Of a DNA stretch of 64,000 nucleotides, positions 12,690 to 26,904 are shown piece by piece. Under the pieces are notes generated by a model, which saw only the letters and a list, made by a program, of their open reading frames with translations, was not told the origin of the DNA and made no database searches. Within the stretch, counting starts at the first letter, position 1. The number at the start of each line of letters is the position of its first letter. The stretch is from Octopus sinensis (lineage: Eukaryota). The stretch spans positions 28,768,001-28,832,000 of the forward strand of contig NC_043012.1 in NCBI RefSeq assembly GCF_006345805.1, given 5' to 3'. The position numbers were made by a program, and so were the translations under genes.

Positions 12690-12815
12690 GAGATGATAGA
12701 AAGACAGGGAGGGGAAGAAGGAGAGAGAGAGAGAGAGAGAGAGGAGAAGAAAGAGAAAGAGAGAGAGAGAGAGGGAGAAAGAGAGAGAAAGGGAAATGTA
12801 AGAGAGAGAGAGGCA
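12690..12815. repeat. (GA)n purine-rich tract
   Basis: Almost pure purine run. Confidence 0.9.
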
Positions 12816-13967
12816 GATCATTAGAAATATATAGATTTGCCTAATTTACGACATGAAACCGAGATGAAAAGAAGAGCTTACTTTGCATCACAGTTTAATA
12901 GGAATATGTTGACTCTAATAAAGTTACAACAACTAAAATATGAAGGGATAGTTGACTTCCATTCAGAACGTATGAGAGGTAAATCCTTAAGAGGCAACAT
13001 TTCCCCTTCCTGCGTGTTACAATGTTCTACTGTAGAATGCAATGTAATAAGGTGATTTTATACTTTCAAATTTATTACAATATATCGTTTACCTTTCTGT
13101 GTAACACAATGTCATTAGATAGTATGGGTGCTAAATATATGCAGCAAACTAATATTATGCATTCGTGTGGGCGTGTACATGCGTGTATGTATACGGGTAC
13201 ACACACACATACACACATATACAATGGGGATTGTGTAAATATCTCTCGAACTCTTCCTCACTATTGCTCTCTTTTTCTCTCTCTTCTTTCCACAACCTCC
13301 TATTTTCTACTTATTCGTCTGCTGTTAGCGAAAATATAACATGATCACATCATAGTGTCTGATTAATGATTAAGATAAGGATCCATTGACTAATTTAATA
13401 CAGCGAATAAAATATTCAAAATTCATTGAAAACAGTCGACAAAACGATTTATCAAATGACGCGTTTATTTGCACTAAAGCAAATGATGAAGCTATTTGCA
13501 GCCGACAGCTTCTTCACCATAATTCCAACTGAGTGGCTTTGTTAGAGCTTGGTGAAGCCTGCAGCGAAACCTATCCATCAAATGAAAGCTCAATTAAGAA
13601 GATTCTAAGTGATAGATTGAGATACGCTGTCGTGTTTAGAGAGGAAGTTCCACCTACAATGAAATATACAGTGTTTATAAAACTGCCGTCAACACTTGCT
13701 CCCACGTTTGCATGAATTTTTATTACCGCGTTGAGTAAGATGGGCGATGATGATGTCTGGTATTAAGAATGTGTTGGGAGTTCAGGTTGGGTGGCAAGTA
13801 GTAGGTGGTAAATGGGCTGAGAAGAAGGATGCCGTAGTGGTTTAATGGATGATTCGCTTTTTAGTTATAATACTATACTATGTATTTTATACATACATAA
13901 ATACACACAGATATAGTTACATATGTATATATAAAAATATATATTGTATATATAAATATATATACAT

Positions 13968-14373
13968 TGCGAGTGGCTGAGTGGTAAGTAACTTACTTAC
14001 CAACCACCTGGTTCCGGATTCAATCCCACTGCGTGGCACCTTGGGCATGTGTCTTCTCCTATAGCCTCGGGCCGACCAAAGCCTTGTGAGTAGATTTAGT
14101 TGACGGAAACTGAAAGAAGCCCGTCGTATATATGTGTATATTTCTGTATGTGTGTGCATGTTTGTGTGTCTGTGTTTGTCTCCCCAACATCGCTTGACAA
14201 CCGATGCTGGTGTGTTTACATCCCCGTAACTATGCGGTTCGGTAAAAGGGATCGATAGAATACTAGGCTTACAAAGAAGAAGTCATGCAGTCAATTTGCT
14301 CGACTAAAGGTGGTACTCCAGCATGGCCACAGTCAAATAACTGAAACAAGTAAAAGAATAAAAGAATGAAAGA
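13968..14373 (+). mobile_element. tRNA-derived SINE family B, full length
   Basis: gagtggctgagtggtaag..ggattcaatcccactgcgtggcaccttgggc..internal (AT/GT)n..cagcatggccacagtcaaataactgaaacaagtaaaagaataaaag; many copies in the window. Confidence 0.9.
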
Positions 14374-14619
14374 ATATATATATATGTACACACACACATA
14401 TACATATATATATATATATATATATGTATACATATATATACTAGTGATGCAGTGTTTCGGGATTGCAACGAGCTGTAACGATCTAATGTAGAATAAATAT
14501 AATAATAATAATAATAATAGCAATAATGCTTCGATGGAATTTATAAACATCTAATGCGTCGCTACGCGCGTTTCCTTAAAAGTCATTTGATTTGTGGAAA
14601 CGTGCGTAGCGATGCATTA

Positions 14620-14629
14620 AATGTTTATA

Positions 14630-14709
<80 letters not shown>

Positions 14710-14742
14710 TAATAATAATAATAATGATAATAATAATAATAA
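14620..14742. repeat. (AAT)n microsatellite
   Basis: About 40 AAT units. Confidence 0.95.
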
Positions 14743-15097
14743 AGTAGTGGGGGAGCATCATAGCCATGTGTTGAGAGGGATTCTTTGGGGTTTGAATAGT
14801 TCACCTCTGGAAACATGGGTGGTTTTTTCAACATCCTTAAACAACCTTAAACAACCCTTATTCAGGGACCGTTTGAGCAGGATGGGCTACTCAAAATGAA
14901 GAAAATTCTAACTGGGCCCCACCTGCAAGGTCATGTGCTGTTTATCTTGATATGAGATCACCATGTCGCGCACATATGGTTGTGATGCATGTGCCTGGTG
15001 TACCTTTATCAAACGGGTAGTCATGATGGGTATATTGGGCTTCGTATATTTTACCCCAGTGTCACTTTGATGGCATGAACTGCTCTCTCACTCAATG
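14742..15097. repeat. Unclassified interspersed repeat (family D)
   Basis: agtgggggagcatcatagc..catccttaaacaacccttattcaggga..ttctaactgggc..cacctgcaa..gtttatcttga shared with 18280..18722. Confidence 0.85.
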
Positions 15098-15099
15098 AT

Positions 15100-15255
<156 letters not shown>

Positions 15256-15261
15256 GAACAA

Positions 15262-15480
15262 GCGAGCTGGAAGAATCGTTAGCACGCCGGGTGAAATGCT
15301 TAGCGGTATTTTTTCTGTCGCTACATTTTGAGTTCAAATTCTGCCAAGACTGACTTTGCCTTTCATCCTTCCGAGGTCAATAAGTTAAGTACCAGTCAAG
15401 TACTGGAGATCAACGTGTGATTGATTGTCCCCCTCGCCACAAAAATTCAGGCCTTGTACCTATAGTAGAAAGATTTATTA
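15262..15480 (+). mobile_element. SINE family C copy
   Basis: gcgagctggaagaatcgttagcacgccgggtgaaatgc..gagttcaaattc..gactttgcctttcatcc. Confidence 0.85.
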
Positions 15481-15599
15481 TTATTATTACTATATCATAT
15501 ACATATATATATATATATATTCACACATGCATACACCCTCCACACACATATATATATATATGTGTATATATGTATATATACATAGTATATAGTTTTTAA

Positions 15600-15897
15600 G
15601 CAAGTGACCCTGAATAGGAAGGTCTACAAACAGATCTCTGACTTGTTTGGGACAATTTTTTGCAATTGCTTCCTCCAGAGTCACATCCTCATGATGATCA
15701 TATTCGTCGCAAAAAAATCATGTAAAAAAATCGCACGAATCCAAAATTTCAGGATTGTGGGTCCGGATTCGGCCCAGAATGTTTTAAATTTTTTCACGGA
15801 GTCAGCCTGATTCCAAAATGGTATGATATGCTGGGCTACGACCTCTAGGAGTAAAGTTGAAAAAGTGTGATACACTGACACATTGACATTCACATCT
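15600..15897 (-). mobile_element. Possible non-autonomous Helitron remnant
   Basis: Minus peptide HEDVTLEEAIAKNCPKQVRDLF resembles the Rep-helicase linker (HWD.TLEEA....P...R.LF). Confidence 0.4.
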
Positions 15898-15925
15898 ACT
15901 ATATTATTATATTAAATTATTTTGA

Positions 15926-16255
15926 GGCGGCGAGCTGGCAGAAACGTTAGCCGGGCGAAGTGCGTAGCCGTATTTCGTCTGCCGTTACGTTCTGAGATCA
16001 AATTCCGCCGAGGTCGACTTTGCCTTTCATCCTTTCGGGGTCGATTAAGTACCAGTTACGCACTGGGGTCGATATAATCGACTGAATCCGTGTGTCTGTC
16101 CTTGTTTGTCCTCTCTGTGTTTAGCCTTTGTGAGTAGTAAAGAAATAGGTATTTCGTCTGCCGTTAGGTTTTGAGTTTGAATTCCGCCGAGATCGACTTA
16201 GCCTTTCATCCTTACGGCATCGATAAAATTAGTACCAGTTACGTACTGGAGTATA
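15926..16255 (+). mobile_element. SINE family C copy followed by a partial tandem re-copy (16147..16255)
   Basis: ggcggcgagctggcagaaacgttag..aaattccgccgaggtcgactttgcctttcatcctttcgggg; gtatttcgtctgccgtta is repeated. Confidence 0.9.
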
Positions 16256-16506
16256 TATATTCGTTTTGCGCTGAATCATAATTTCAATACGGAGCAAATA
16301 ATTCAGGAGAAAATATTTGCGAAAATAGTATTGACTCAGTTAGTATCCAGTGTAGTCCAAATATTCGAATGTATGTTGAGAGATTGTCCGCAGACTTGAT
16401 ATACTTAGTATGTCCTTTGATTAATTTTAATATATATACATATGGTTTATATGTACAGAAAACAAAAGATAGAGACAGGTGATTGAACAACAAGCAGGTG
16501 AATTAG

Positions 16507-16657
16507 TTTCTTTCAGCTTCTGTCACCCAAAACTACTCACAAGGCTTTAGTTGGCCCGAGGTTATAGTAGAAGCACTTGCCCGAGTTGTAACGTAGTGGA
16601 ACTGGAACGGAAACTGTGTGATTGGAAAGTAAGTTTCTTAGCACGCAGCCACGCCTA
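16507..16657 (-). mobile_element. SINE family B 5' half, degenerate
   Basis: ctcacaaggctttagttggcccgaggttatagtagaagcacttgccc. Confidence 0.75.
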
Positions 16658-16925
16658 CATCTACATAAATCTTGTATGCACTGGTCACTGATTAGTTTTA
16701 TGATAGAAAGAAATTTATTTTGAGCTAAGGTGTAGCAATTGTGAAACTGAGCAATCTATTCGTTGCATTTATTGCATTTTGTACAGAGCTGATTTGATGA
16801 AGTCGAATAGCAAGATTCTTTCATTCAATAAGTGTTTGTAAAATATAAAAATGGATTATAGAGTAAACCAAAATAATTAATATAACAGAGCTAATGAAAC
16901 TGAACAATCCTTCAAATATATATTT

Positions 16926-17149
16926 CTTTACTACAAGGGGCTAAACACAGAGAGGATAAACAAGGACAGACAAACGGGTTAAGTCGATTACATCGACCCC
17001 AGTGCGTAACTGGTACTTAATTTATCGATCCCCGAAAGGATGAAAGGCAAAGTCGATCTCGGCGGAATTTGAACCCAGAACGTAGCGGCCGACGAAATAC
17101 GGCTACGCATTTCGCCCGGCGTGCTAATGTTTCTGCCAGCTCACCGCCT
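16926..17149 (-). mobile_element. SINE family C copy
   Basis: Reverse complement of 15926..16146 at high identity. Confidence 0.9.
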
Positions 17150-18279
17150 TAACAATCCTTCAAATATAATGACGAAGAAGTGGTTCGTTAGCTAATGTGT
17201 AACAAGGAGTGCGAAGATTGTTGCCGCCGAATTGGTGTTAAAGCTATATTTCAGGAGACACAAATTGAAATCTAACAGAAACATTATGATTAAAACTTAT
17301 TGATGTGGAATTCAAAATTGTGTAATTCTAGACAAAAAACCTGAATTGATAACTGTTAAAGTTATATTATTTCCATACAGTAAACATATTTTTCTTGGAG
17401 ATTTGCTAACCCTAACTTAATGTGATTGAATTTGAACATAAGTTACCCGCCATTTACATTGATATGCTCCATTTCTCTTCTCATATTATATTCCTGGAAC
17501 AACATCATGTACTCAGCAAAACACTCACAGCTTGATGTTGCTGCAAACGGAAGGTATTGCATATAATGATCGCACCAATATGTTTATTTTCCTAGGTTTT
17601 TAAATGGACTGTATAAATGATTCATCTGGATATTTAGAAATAATGTTGTTCTACCTATTTCCTCTTTTGGCAAACCAGGTGGTGTTTTTCTTATTTCATA
17701 ATTACAGAATTCCTTTATGGAAATATGTATAACTGTTTTGTTAATTGCAACTGTTGAAAACTTGTCTCTTAACAGATTAATTTGATTCCTAAAATGGAGT
17801 AGAAGCAAACACTTTACAACCATATCCACTTACAGACGAATGAGTAGAAATAGTGATATACATTTCTAAGTTATAGTTCAAGTAAGGAAACGCCCTTCTA
17901 ACAGAAAACTGATTTAAGTCTACATCAAACAGTGAGGCCGGATGATTTCCCCAACGCTTCATACATAGAAATATTTAAAACGTATGAACAAAAACAAATG
18001 CTAAAATATTAAATCCTGGTTTCTGGAAGTCTGTAATTGTTTATAAACATGGGAGACATGTTTATAGGTTTCATACAAAATATATAATCTTGGCATAAAG
18101 ATGGTTCCTTGTTATAAGATTCAGACGATAACTCGTTATATTCAACAATCCTTTATGTTTAAATGAGAGATGTATGCAGAAAGGACATTTGTTGGGACTA
18201 TCTGAGTTTACATATTCAAGCAACAACAACAACAACAACAATGAATGCTCTGATGCAATATTGACTTGCATGGTTTCTC

Positions 18280-18722
18280 ATCTTAACTGATTGGAAGTGT
18301 TATGATGTACATGTTCTGTCTTGGTGTAAAAGATGGGCTTCAACAAATATTCTGCTCAATACTATAGATTTGCCTCTCAGCTGTTTGACCTTAACCAGTT
18401 GTGTATGTCCGTTGATGGATGACGATATGTGCATCTCTGATCACGAATAGAAATAGTGGGGGAGCATCATAGCTATATGTTGAGAGGAATTCTTTGGAGT
18501 TAGAAAAATTCACCGCTGGAAATATGGGTGTTTCGTTCAACATCCTTAAACAACCCTTATTCAGGGAACTTTTGAGCAAGATGGGCTACTCGATAGGAAG
18601 AAGATTCTAACTGGGCCTCACCTGCAAAGTCATGCGCTGTTTATCTTGACATGAGATCCCCATGTCACGCACACATGGTTGTGATACATGTGTCTGGCGT
18701 ACCCTTATTAGACAGGTAGTCA
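18280..18722. repeat. Unclassified interspersed repeat (family D), longer copy
   Basis: Aligns with 14742..15045. Confidence 0.85.
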
Positions 18723-18789
18723 GTATGCTGCTATCGTAGAAGGATTTACAATAGATGGACTTGAGGGTGCTAATGAATTCCGATCATGG

Positions 18790-18980
18790 ATAACCAACAA
18801 GAGAGAAGAAACTCAACTTCGCATGGGATTACATTGTCAGTCCCACCATGAAATTAATCACTTAAAAGACCAGGAAGTGCCATGAAAGTGGTTCAGCAAA
18901 GGTAACCTTAGAAAGAATACTGAAAGCCTAATCATCGCTGCCCAGGATCAGGCATTGAATACCAACTCAGTGAAATATCA
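18790..18980 (+). mobile_element. R4/Dong-type non-LTR retrotransposon fragment
   Basis: KWFSKGNLRKNTESLIIAAQDQALNTNSVK matches the W...G.L...TE..I.AAQ...L.T motif downstream of the RT in R4/Dong elements. Confidence 0.7.
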
Positions 18981-19707
18981 CAAATAACCAAAAGGAACTT
19001 ATACAGTACCCTGCCAATCCACTACTCTTAGGTATAAGACCAGCAGTTTTCTGGGAAGGGGTTTGTCGATATCATCAGCCATGGTAATAGGCTGGTACTT
19101 TATTTTATCGACCCCAACTCAAAGAGAAGAAAAACAGTGCAATAGACAAGACAAAACACAGTGAGAGGTTTACGTAAAAGTACCTAAAAAGATTAGCAAA
19201 AAAGAAACAGAATTCCAACAAAAATCACGAAGAGATACAGCTGGCTGAGGACATATGAGGAAATTCCTCAAAATTTGGGTTACCTTCACTATCAAGAGCA
19301 GGTACCTTCTCGTATCTCCCATGTCCTGCCTACAAGAACATGCTTTGAATATGCCCATTTATTTGTACAATTTTCGTAACTTACAACCAGTTTTCAAAGA
19401 ATTCCCCGAGATGAGGGCAGAACAACATCGAATAATAATTCTTTTGTTTTGTAACCGCACATCGGTGATATACTGGCCTCTGTGTAAAACACTCTAGAAC
19501 ACCCAGTGTATTCGACGTAAGACGAATGGAAAGGAGTTTTGGCTTGAGATTATAGTGGAGATCCTCTACCAGATAATGTCTCTACTAGACATTACTTCCC
19601 TGTTCATGAAGTGAAGTTTCGTGTTAGAGTTGAAATCAGAAGATCAAGATACAACTTGTGTGGTACGGAAAGTCAGTTAAGCGTTTTCTGTTTTCATCAA
19701 AACACAG

Positions 19708-19878
19708 AGAAAAGGGGAGTCCCACTGCTGCCGATAACACAACCTCAGTATACAGCAGCAACAGCAGTAGTGAAGACAATGTGACCAACACCAGAAGCAC
19801 CAACACTAACACGAACAACAGTAACAAAACAAGAGCAGTTGGAGCAACGACAAGCACAAGAGAACGAAAATTCACCAG
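19708..19878 (+). CDS. Candidate isolated exon encoding a Ser/Thr/Asn-rich peptide
   Basis: ttttcatcaaaacacag acceptor, CAG/gtagg donor, 171 nt, phase 2-2, only one open frame; could instead be a decayed trinucleotide repeat. Confidence 0.3.
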
Positions 19879-20278
19879 GTAGGAAAATCCCCACCTTAAC
19901 TACTTGTTTATTACTCTTTCTATCTTGGTCGGTCCTCTTTTTCAAACGTAAACAAATAAACCAAATTCTGACGTCACGTTTCGAAGATAATACTATATTC
20001 TATTGCTGGTCACTCCCTTTCTATTTAGCTTGTATTTTTGTTGCCTGATTGGTTGCCAGCTTTTAATGTTCCTTAATAGTTAATTGTTGAAAATTGTTAG
20101 TAATTATTACACCACACCCTCCTAGTTGGAGAATTATTTATTCTGGTCGCATACTCATTCAAACAGTTTGATTGGTCACCAACACTAATTCCCTTGTTGC
20201 AGGGTGTTCGTGATAAAAAACCCCTTCCTCCATGGATCTATCATATTCTAGCGTACATATTCGCTAAAATATCAGCTG

Positions 20279-20335
<57 letters not shown>

Positions 20336-20338
<3 letters not shown>

Positions 20339-20475
20339 TGTGTGGTAGAAGCTTGCTTCCCAACCACATGGTTCTGGTTTCAGTCCCACCTTGGGTAAGT
20401 GTCTTCTACTATGGCCTCGGGCCGACCAAAGGTTTGTGAATGGATTTGGTAGACGGAGACTGAAAGAAGCACATC

Positions 20476-20477
<2 letters not shown>
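20336..20477 (+). mobile_element. SINE family B 5' half
   Basis: ggctgtgtggtagaagcttgcttcccaaccacatggttc..ggccgaccaaagg..gacggagactgaaagaagc. Confidence 0.85.
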
Positions 20478-20573
<96 letters not shown>

Positions 20574-20602
20574 CATACATACATACATATATACATACAT
20601 GC

Positions 20603-20646
<44 letters not shown>

Positions 20647-20689
20647 ATGTATGTATATGTCTGTATCTGTGTTGTTCCACCATCATTGC

Positions 20690-22085
20690 CTCTAATAAGC
20701 TGTGGCTCCGTAAAGATACACCCGATTGTTTTGATGTCACGATGGAAAGTTCTGATTCAGCACAAATACCTGATTTGGTCGGTATATATATATATATATA
20801 TATATATATACTTCATGAAATGGCAGACCGGTTCCAAAGCATCAATGGAGGTCTATATCGTGATGATTGTTTACTTTACCTTCAAAATGCTTCTAACCCA
20901 AAAGTACAAAAGTTTAAGAATAGTTTAAGTTTTTCCGTAGAATGGGCTTAGGCATTCTTTTTGATGATGATGTAACGAAAGTCAACTTTTTATATATTAC
21001 ACTTATCTTACACAATAATTCGTACTTCCCATACCACAAACCATCAACCAATCTTAAGTATATTAGCCAATTCAGTAATCATTCTAGGGCAATCTCTAAG
21101 AACTTAAGAATATTTCACTTAGATTATCTAAGTTATCTTCTAATATTGACATTTTCAACGACAAGGCTGAGTTTTATAACTCTGCCTTACTATGCAGGCT
21201 ATACAGGCTATACAGGCTATACAGGCTATACAGAAACAGTTACCTACATTAATTCTATCCAGTCTTATTCTAGCTTTAGTAATGGAGACATGAAATATAG
21301 TTGTAACAATAAAAATGATTCCAATTTAAATTTATACGCCAACACCAGAGGAAGGTTTCTTTTAATCCGTAAGGGAGACAACTGTTATTTAAACCCTATT
21401 TTCATTCTAAAAGTAAATCGATGTCTTTTAAAGATAGTTACACTAAAAATGAGGCAGTACTAACAAAACTATTTGGTTGATTATTCCTTATGGGAGGCAA
21501 ATTAAATCTAATCTTCCTTTCCAGTTTCGTGAAGCTATTATTAAGAATTTTCCAAAGAATTCTAGATATTACTTGATTATCAACTCGCACGCGGTTAGGA
21601 TTGGTTTTCCAACACAAAAAGTCTGTCACAAATTATCTCCTCACATAATATTAGTTAAATAAGAATCCAATTACTAATACTAACATTAATTTAGCTAGTA
21701 CTAACCATCCCCCTAGAAATATTAATAATAAGGTTATTGTCTCTGAAGTCAATTCCAACAGAATTAAGTTATGTCTAGTAATTCTAAGATTAAAAACTCT
21801 ATATACCATTGTAAAATTACATCAGGTACCGATGTCTTTTTATATATAGGTAGCTCTTCTCAGTTATCTAAAGGAATTTCTAATCATTACTGTACATTTA
21901 GAGATAGCAATAAACGCAACAGTATACAGGGCTTAGTAAATTTATTTGGTATCTAAAACACCATAATAAACAATTCAATTTAGATTGGTTGATTCTCTCC
22001 ATTTCATTCCCATATGAGACAGGCAAAGAATTCGGCCAAATCTGTGATAGTGAACTATTTTCTAAGAATCCCCTTGTAAACACAG
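20690..22085 (+). mobile_element. Penelope-like element (RT core to GIY-YIG), decayed
   Basis: [31 protein letters not shown]; PYHKPSTNLKYISQFSNH; FLYIGSSS..NHYCTFRDSNKRNS; in-frame (AT)n and (GGCTATACA)4 expansions. Confidence 0.88.
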
Positions 22086-22395
22086 TTATAGAGCGCGCTT
22101 ATAATCTACCATTATATATAATTTGAACATTGATTTACCTCTTACATTTCACTTCCACCAGATATATCTTTTTCCAAGCCTTTAAGCTTTTATTTTAATT
22201 GAAATATCGTTCTATATTTCTCCTTTATTAGTTTTCTGCTTATTTCTTTCTTTTACCCCTTCTCTTTCTATAGGCTACCTTTGACGTTATATCTTCTCAC
22301 GGTTTTGAAAAAAGAACTTAATAGCGTTCCGTTCATCATTATACACATTCATCACCTTCTGTTAAAATGTCTTATTGCTGAGTTTGGTTTCTTTC

Positions 22396-22482
22396 CTTCT
22401 CTGATGAGAAGATTACATTGTTTCACACCATTTTATTCCTTTGGAATGATACCAATCTTGTCTTCGAAACATATATCGGAAG
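22396..22482 (+). ncRNA. Type-I hammerhead ribozyme motif with palindromic ATAT stem-III loop
   Basis: cttct-CTGATGA-gaaga..tcttc-GAAAC-ATAT-ATC-ggaag; canonical core, 5-bp stems I and II, one G>A change at position 16.2. Confidence 0.75.
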
Positions 22483-22869
22483 TAAAAGAATTTGAATACA
22501 CTTGCGTTTAACTCCATTTGTTTATTTATATATATTATACAAAATATTTCCCATTGACCTGGTCTTTCTACCTTCACAAACAGGGGGCTACGTCCTTACT
22601 TGTGGGATTTTTTGCTGCCCTGGTAACTTTTTTTTTTATTTTTTCGTGTTAATTGTAAACAAGGGGAAAATACACACATCCATTTATATATATATATATA
22701 TATAATATATATATATATAATCATTACAGATAAAGGGTGAAATATAATTCATTTAATAAAATCAACAAATTTCACCCAGTATCACTTCGGTATGGAAAAG
22801 GACCATATTCGATAAAAGTTTATACAATTATAACAATTATAATTATAATATTATAAGACCTTTATTGTT

Positions 22870-22873
22870 ATAA

Positions 22874-22967
<94 letters not shown>

Positions 22968-22970
22968 TAG

Positions 22971-23038
<68 letters not shown>

Positions 23039-23095
23039 TGATAGATAGATAGATGGATAGATAGGTAGGTGGTAGATGTATATATATATATATAA
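22870..23095. repeat. (AT)n(AG)n(GATA)n composite microsatellite
   Basis: Visible simple repeats. Confidence 0.95.
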
Positions 23096-23099
23096 TTCA

Positions 23100-25700
23100 A
23101 TTTTGGGGGATTATTCAATATGGGGGTATTCTATTTCAGATAATACAAAGTACGATATGTAGCTGCATATAATGCTGAAGGGTTATACCTGATTGATTTG
23201 GAAATTTGTTTTCCCAAATTACTTAAATTAATCATACAACTGGTTCTACCACTAGGACTTCTTATATATGTCAGATATGGATCTTTCAGGTAGGATTGAG
23301 GTGATAGTGTGGTAGTCGTCATTGAAGGATATACCTATTCCCAGCAGGAAAGAATATATACAGGGCCTAATTAACCAGCTAAAAAACTTTATAAATAGAA
23401 TGAAATGGAAGGCTGACTGCTACAATAACAACAATCCTATTAAGAATGGAAGATATAGACTATATAAAGAGAAACTTCAAATCTAAGCAGGAACCTCCCA
23501 ACAATAGAATTATACAGGACTTTGAGGAGAAAATATGGAATATGATGAAAAAAATCAAATTCAAAAAATACATTAACAGACACAACAAGCACCTCAGCAA
23601 CTTCGCTAGAAAAGTAGAAATATTAAAGAACTAGGATGGAGTTATAGTACAATCTGATAAGACCATGGATTTATATAGACTGGATACACCACTTTATAAT
23701 AAATTACTGGAAAAGGAAATAATGAAAAAATATAAGGTAGTTAATAAAAATAATTTAGCTAATATTAACGTAATTTCCAAAACAAATCATGGTTAAATAT
23801 GGTATTGAAAATAGAACTGAACCATATGTCCCGATGCACCCAAGAATAACGATTAAAGACCATGAGGATAATTTTTACTCTAACCCCCCAGTAAGATTAA
23901 TATTCCCTAGCAAGTCAGATAGAGGTAGACTTAGTAAATTAATATTTAATATATATATATATATAGTGAAATTAAATAAGTTAGGTAACCTTAAACTCTG
24001 GAACTGTACCCGAGATACTATAAAATGGTTTAATAATATTAAGGATAAAAATTGAAATAAAGAATTATTATTTATCTATAAATGAAGTGGTTTTAAATAA
24101 GGCTCTATCATATGCCATGAGAAAAGTAAATATGTTATTTGAAGAAGTCAAAATGGTGTTGGCCACGAGGAAATCTATTATAAAATATAAACATAAACTA
24201 TGGGCAAGAAAAGACACAAGAGATTGTTTTGATATACCCATGGGTGCCCCGGATTCAGCCGAGGTTACTAATCTTGTAGGTTTATATCTCTTATCTGAAC
24301 TAGAAAAAAATTTACGAATATAGAGGGTGGTCTTTATAGTGATGACCTACTACTTATAACTAGGAATTGTACTAATAAGTCATTAGAATGCCTTAAGAAG
24401 AAAATGTGCACGTTCATTACAAATAAAGGCCGAGGGATATCTATAGAGAATGAGCATTATGCTGTAAATTATCTAGACGTCAACATTAATCTAGTCACTA
24501 ATAAGATCCATCCTTTCCATAAGTTGAATGAAAAGTATATTAGTTCTTCAAGTAACCTCCCAGATCAGTTAAAGAAACTTTAATAAATAATATAGGTGAC
24601 AGAATATCTATGGTATTCTATGATTATGACACTTTTAATAAACATGTCCGATATTATAATGAAGCATTAAAAGAAGTAGGATACAACTCGAATATAAAAT
24701 TCTTTAATTATTATGAACACATTAACAATAATAATAACAAGTATTCTAACGGTAAAAATATGAATAATAATAATAAAAGACAATATAACAAACTGAATAA
24801 AGATAAAAATAATATAATTGTTAATAATGGTTACGATAATAATAGTAATATTGATAATGAGCAATAGTAAGAAACATAGTAAAGTATACAAGAAGAGATA
24901 TAATATACCTAAGAATAACAATTTAATACCGATGATGTCTACTAATAAGGATATTATAAAAAATAAAAAAAATAAAAAGGATATTATTGGGTTAATTGTT
25001 CCGTATGGGGGACCAAATTATGACTAATATTATTAAGGAGACACTTAAAATAGTAAAAATGGTTTCTAAAAAGGACAATAGTTATTCAAATATATTTTCC
25101 AATAAAACCATAAGAGTGGAATACTCAACATCAAGAAATGTAGGCAATATCATTTCCTCCATAAACAATAAGAAATTAAATAATTATTATAAATAATAGC
25201 TCTAGTCATAATATAATCGATAGTGATAGAAGTCTTAATCAACATATAGAAAAATGTTCATGTCGTGATAAAACTAAATGTAAGCTCGCTAATAATTGTA
25301 ATATCGATAATGTAATTGACAAATGTACAGTTAGCTCTAAGAACAATAATAATAAAATTATAAATAAGGTCTATATTGGATCAACAGCTAATGAAATTTA
25401 AAAAACGAATACCCCAATACTACCAGACCTTTAAAAATCTCAATTTAAGTAAGTCCACAGGCTTAAGTAAATATATATGGGAATTAAAATCTAGAAAAAG
25501 AGAGTACACCCTTATAGGTAGAGCCCACTCCTATAATATTGGGAATAGAATGTGTCTATTTGTGTCTATAACAGAATTTATGAAACTACTACAGTCTAAA
25601 GATGAATAATTAAATACATATGATGAACGTGGAGGTAAATGTAGGCACTGAAGCAATTTTATATTTAGTAAATGAAGTACTGAATCCCCCAACCCTTGCA
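23100..25700 (+). mobile_element. Near-full-length but heavily decayed Penelope-like element
   Basis: LKDIPIPSRKEYIQGLINQLKNFINRMKWKA; RITIKDHEDNFYSNPPVRLIFPSKSD; CFDIPMGAPDSAEVTNLVGLY; GGLYSDD; VYIGST..STGLSKYIWELK. Confidence 0.9.
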
Positions 25701-26329
25701 TCAAATAACCACATAATTTTATTTTTAAAGCACTTGAACAGACTATATAAAGAAAAAAATAATGCAATAATTTAAATAAACATATGAACTAAATATTACT
25801 CAAATTACATAATAAAAAATTATATATATCTCCCAATATAGGTAAATTTGTGAATAAAATAATAATAGAGGATAATTTAAAATTAAAACTATGTATAGTG
25901 TAATTACCCCCATTGGTACTAATCACCTATAAGTACCCATATCGTCTTCCTCTAATAACTATTTTAGTACCAGCAAAAAAGGGAGATATGTATTTGAATT
26001 ATTCTTGTTATATATCGCATTTAAACACAGACAATTTTATTTTAATGTATAAATTTATATCTCACATTCTGTATTTGACAAATACTTGATTTTACATGAT
26101 TGATATATATACTAATTCATATTTATAATGTATAAATTATAAATTTTAATTCTTAATATTACAAAGTATAATTTTAATTTATAATTTTTAATTCTTGATT
26201 ATTTATCTTTAATGCTTAATCGTATTGCTTATTTTTAAAGGGATGTAAATTAGATATATAGTATTTCGAAAAAGAACCAGAACATGTGTTGGAATAATTG
26301 TAAATCTGACGATTGCATATAACTATTTA

Positions 26330-26886
<557 letters not shown>

Positions 26887-26904
26887 CCTATATATATATA
26901 TATA

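Noticed and set aside
20391-20951. 186-aa ORF as one protein
   Set aside because: Chance read-through of a SINE, microsatellites and a Penelope RT piece
25700-26325. Hammerhead downstream of the 23.1-kb Penelope
   Set aside because: CTGACGA occurs at ~26306, but no stem II or GAAA follows before the microsatellite; counted as the exception to the pairing pattern
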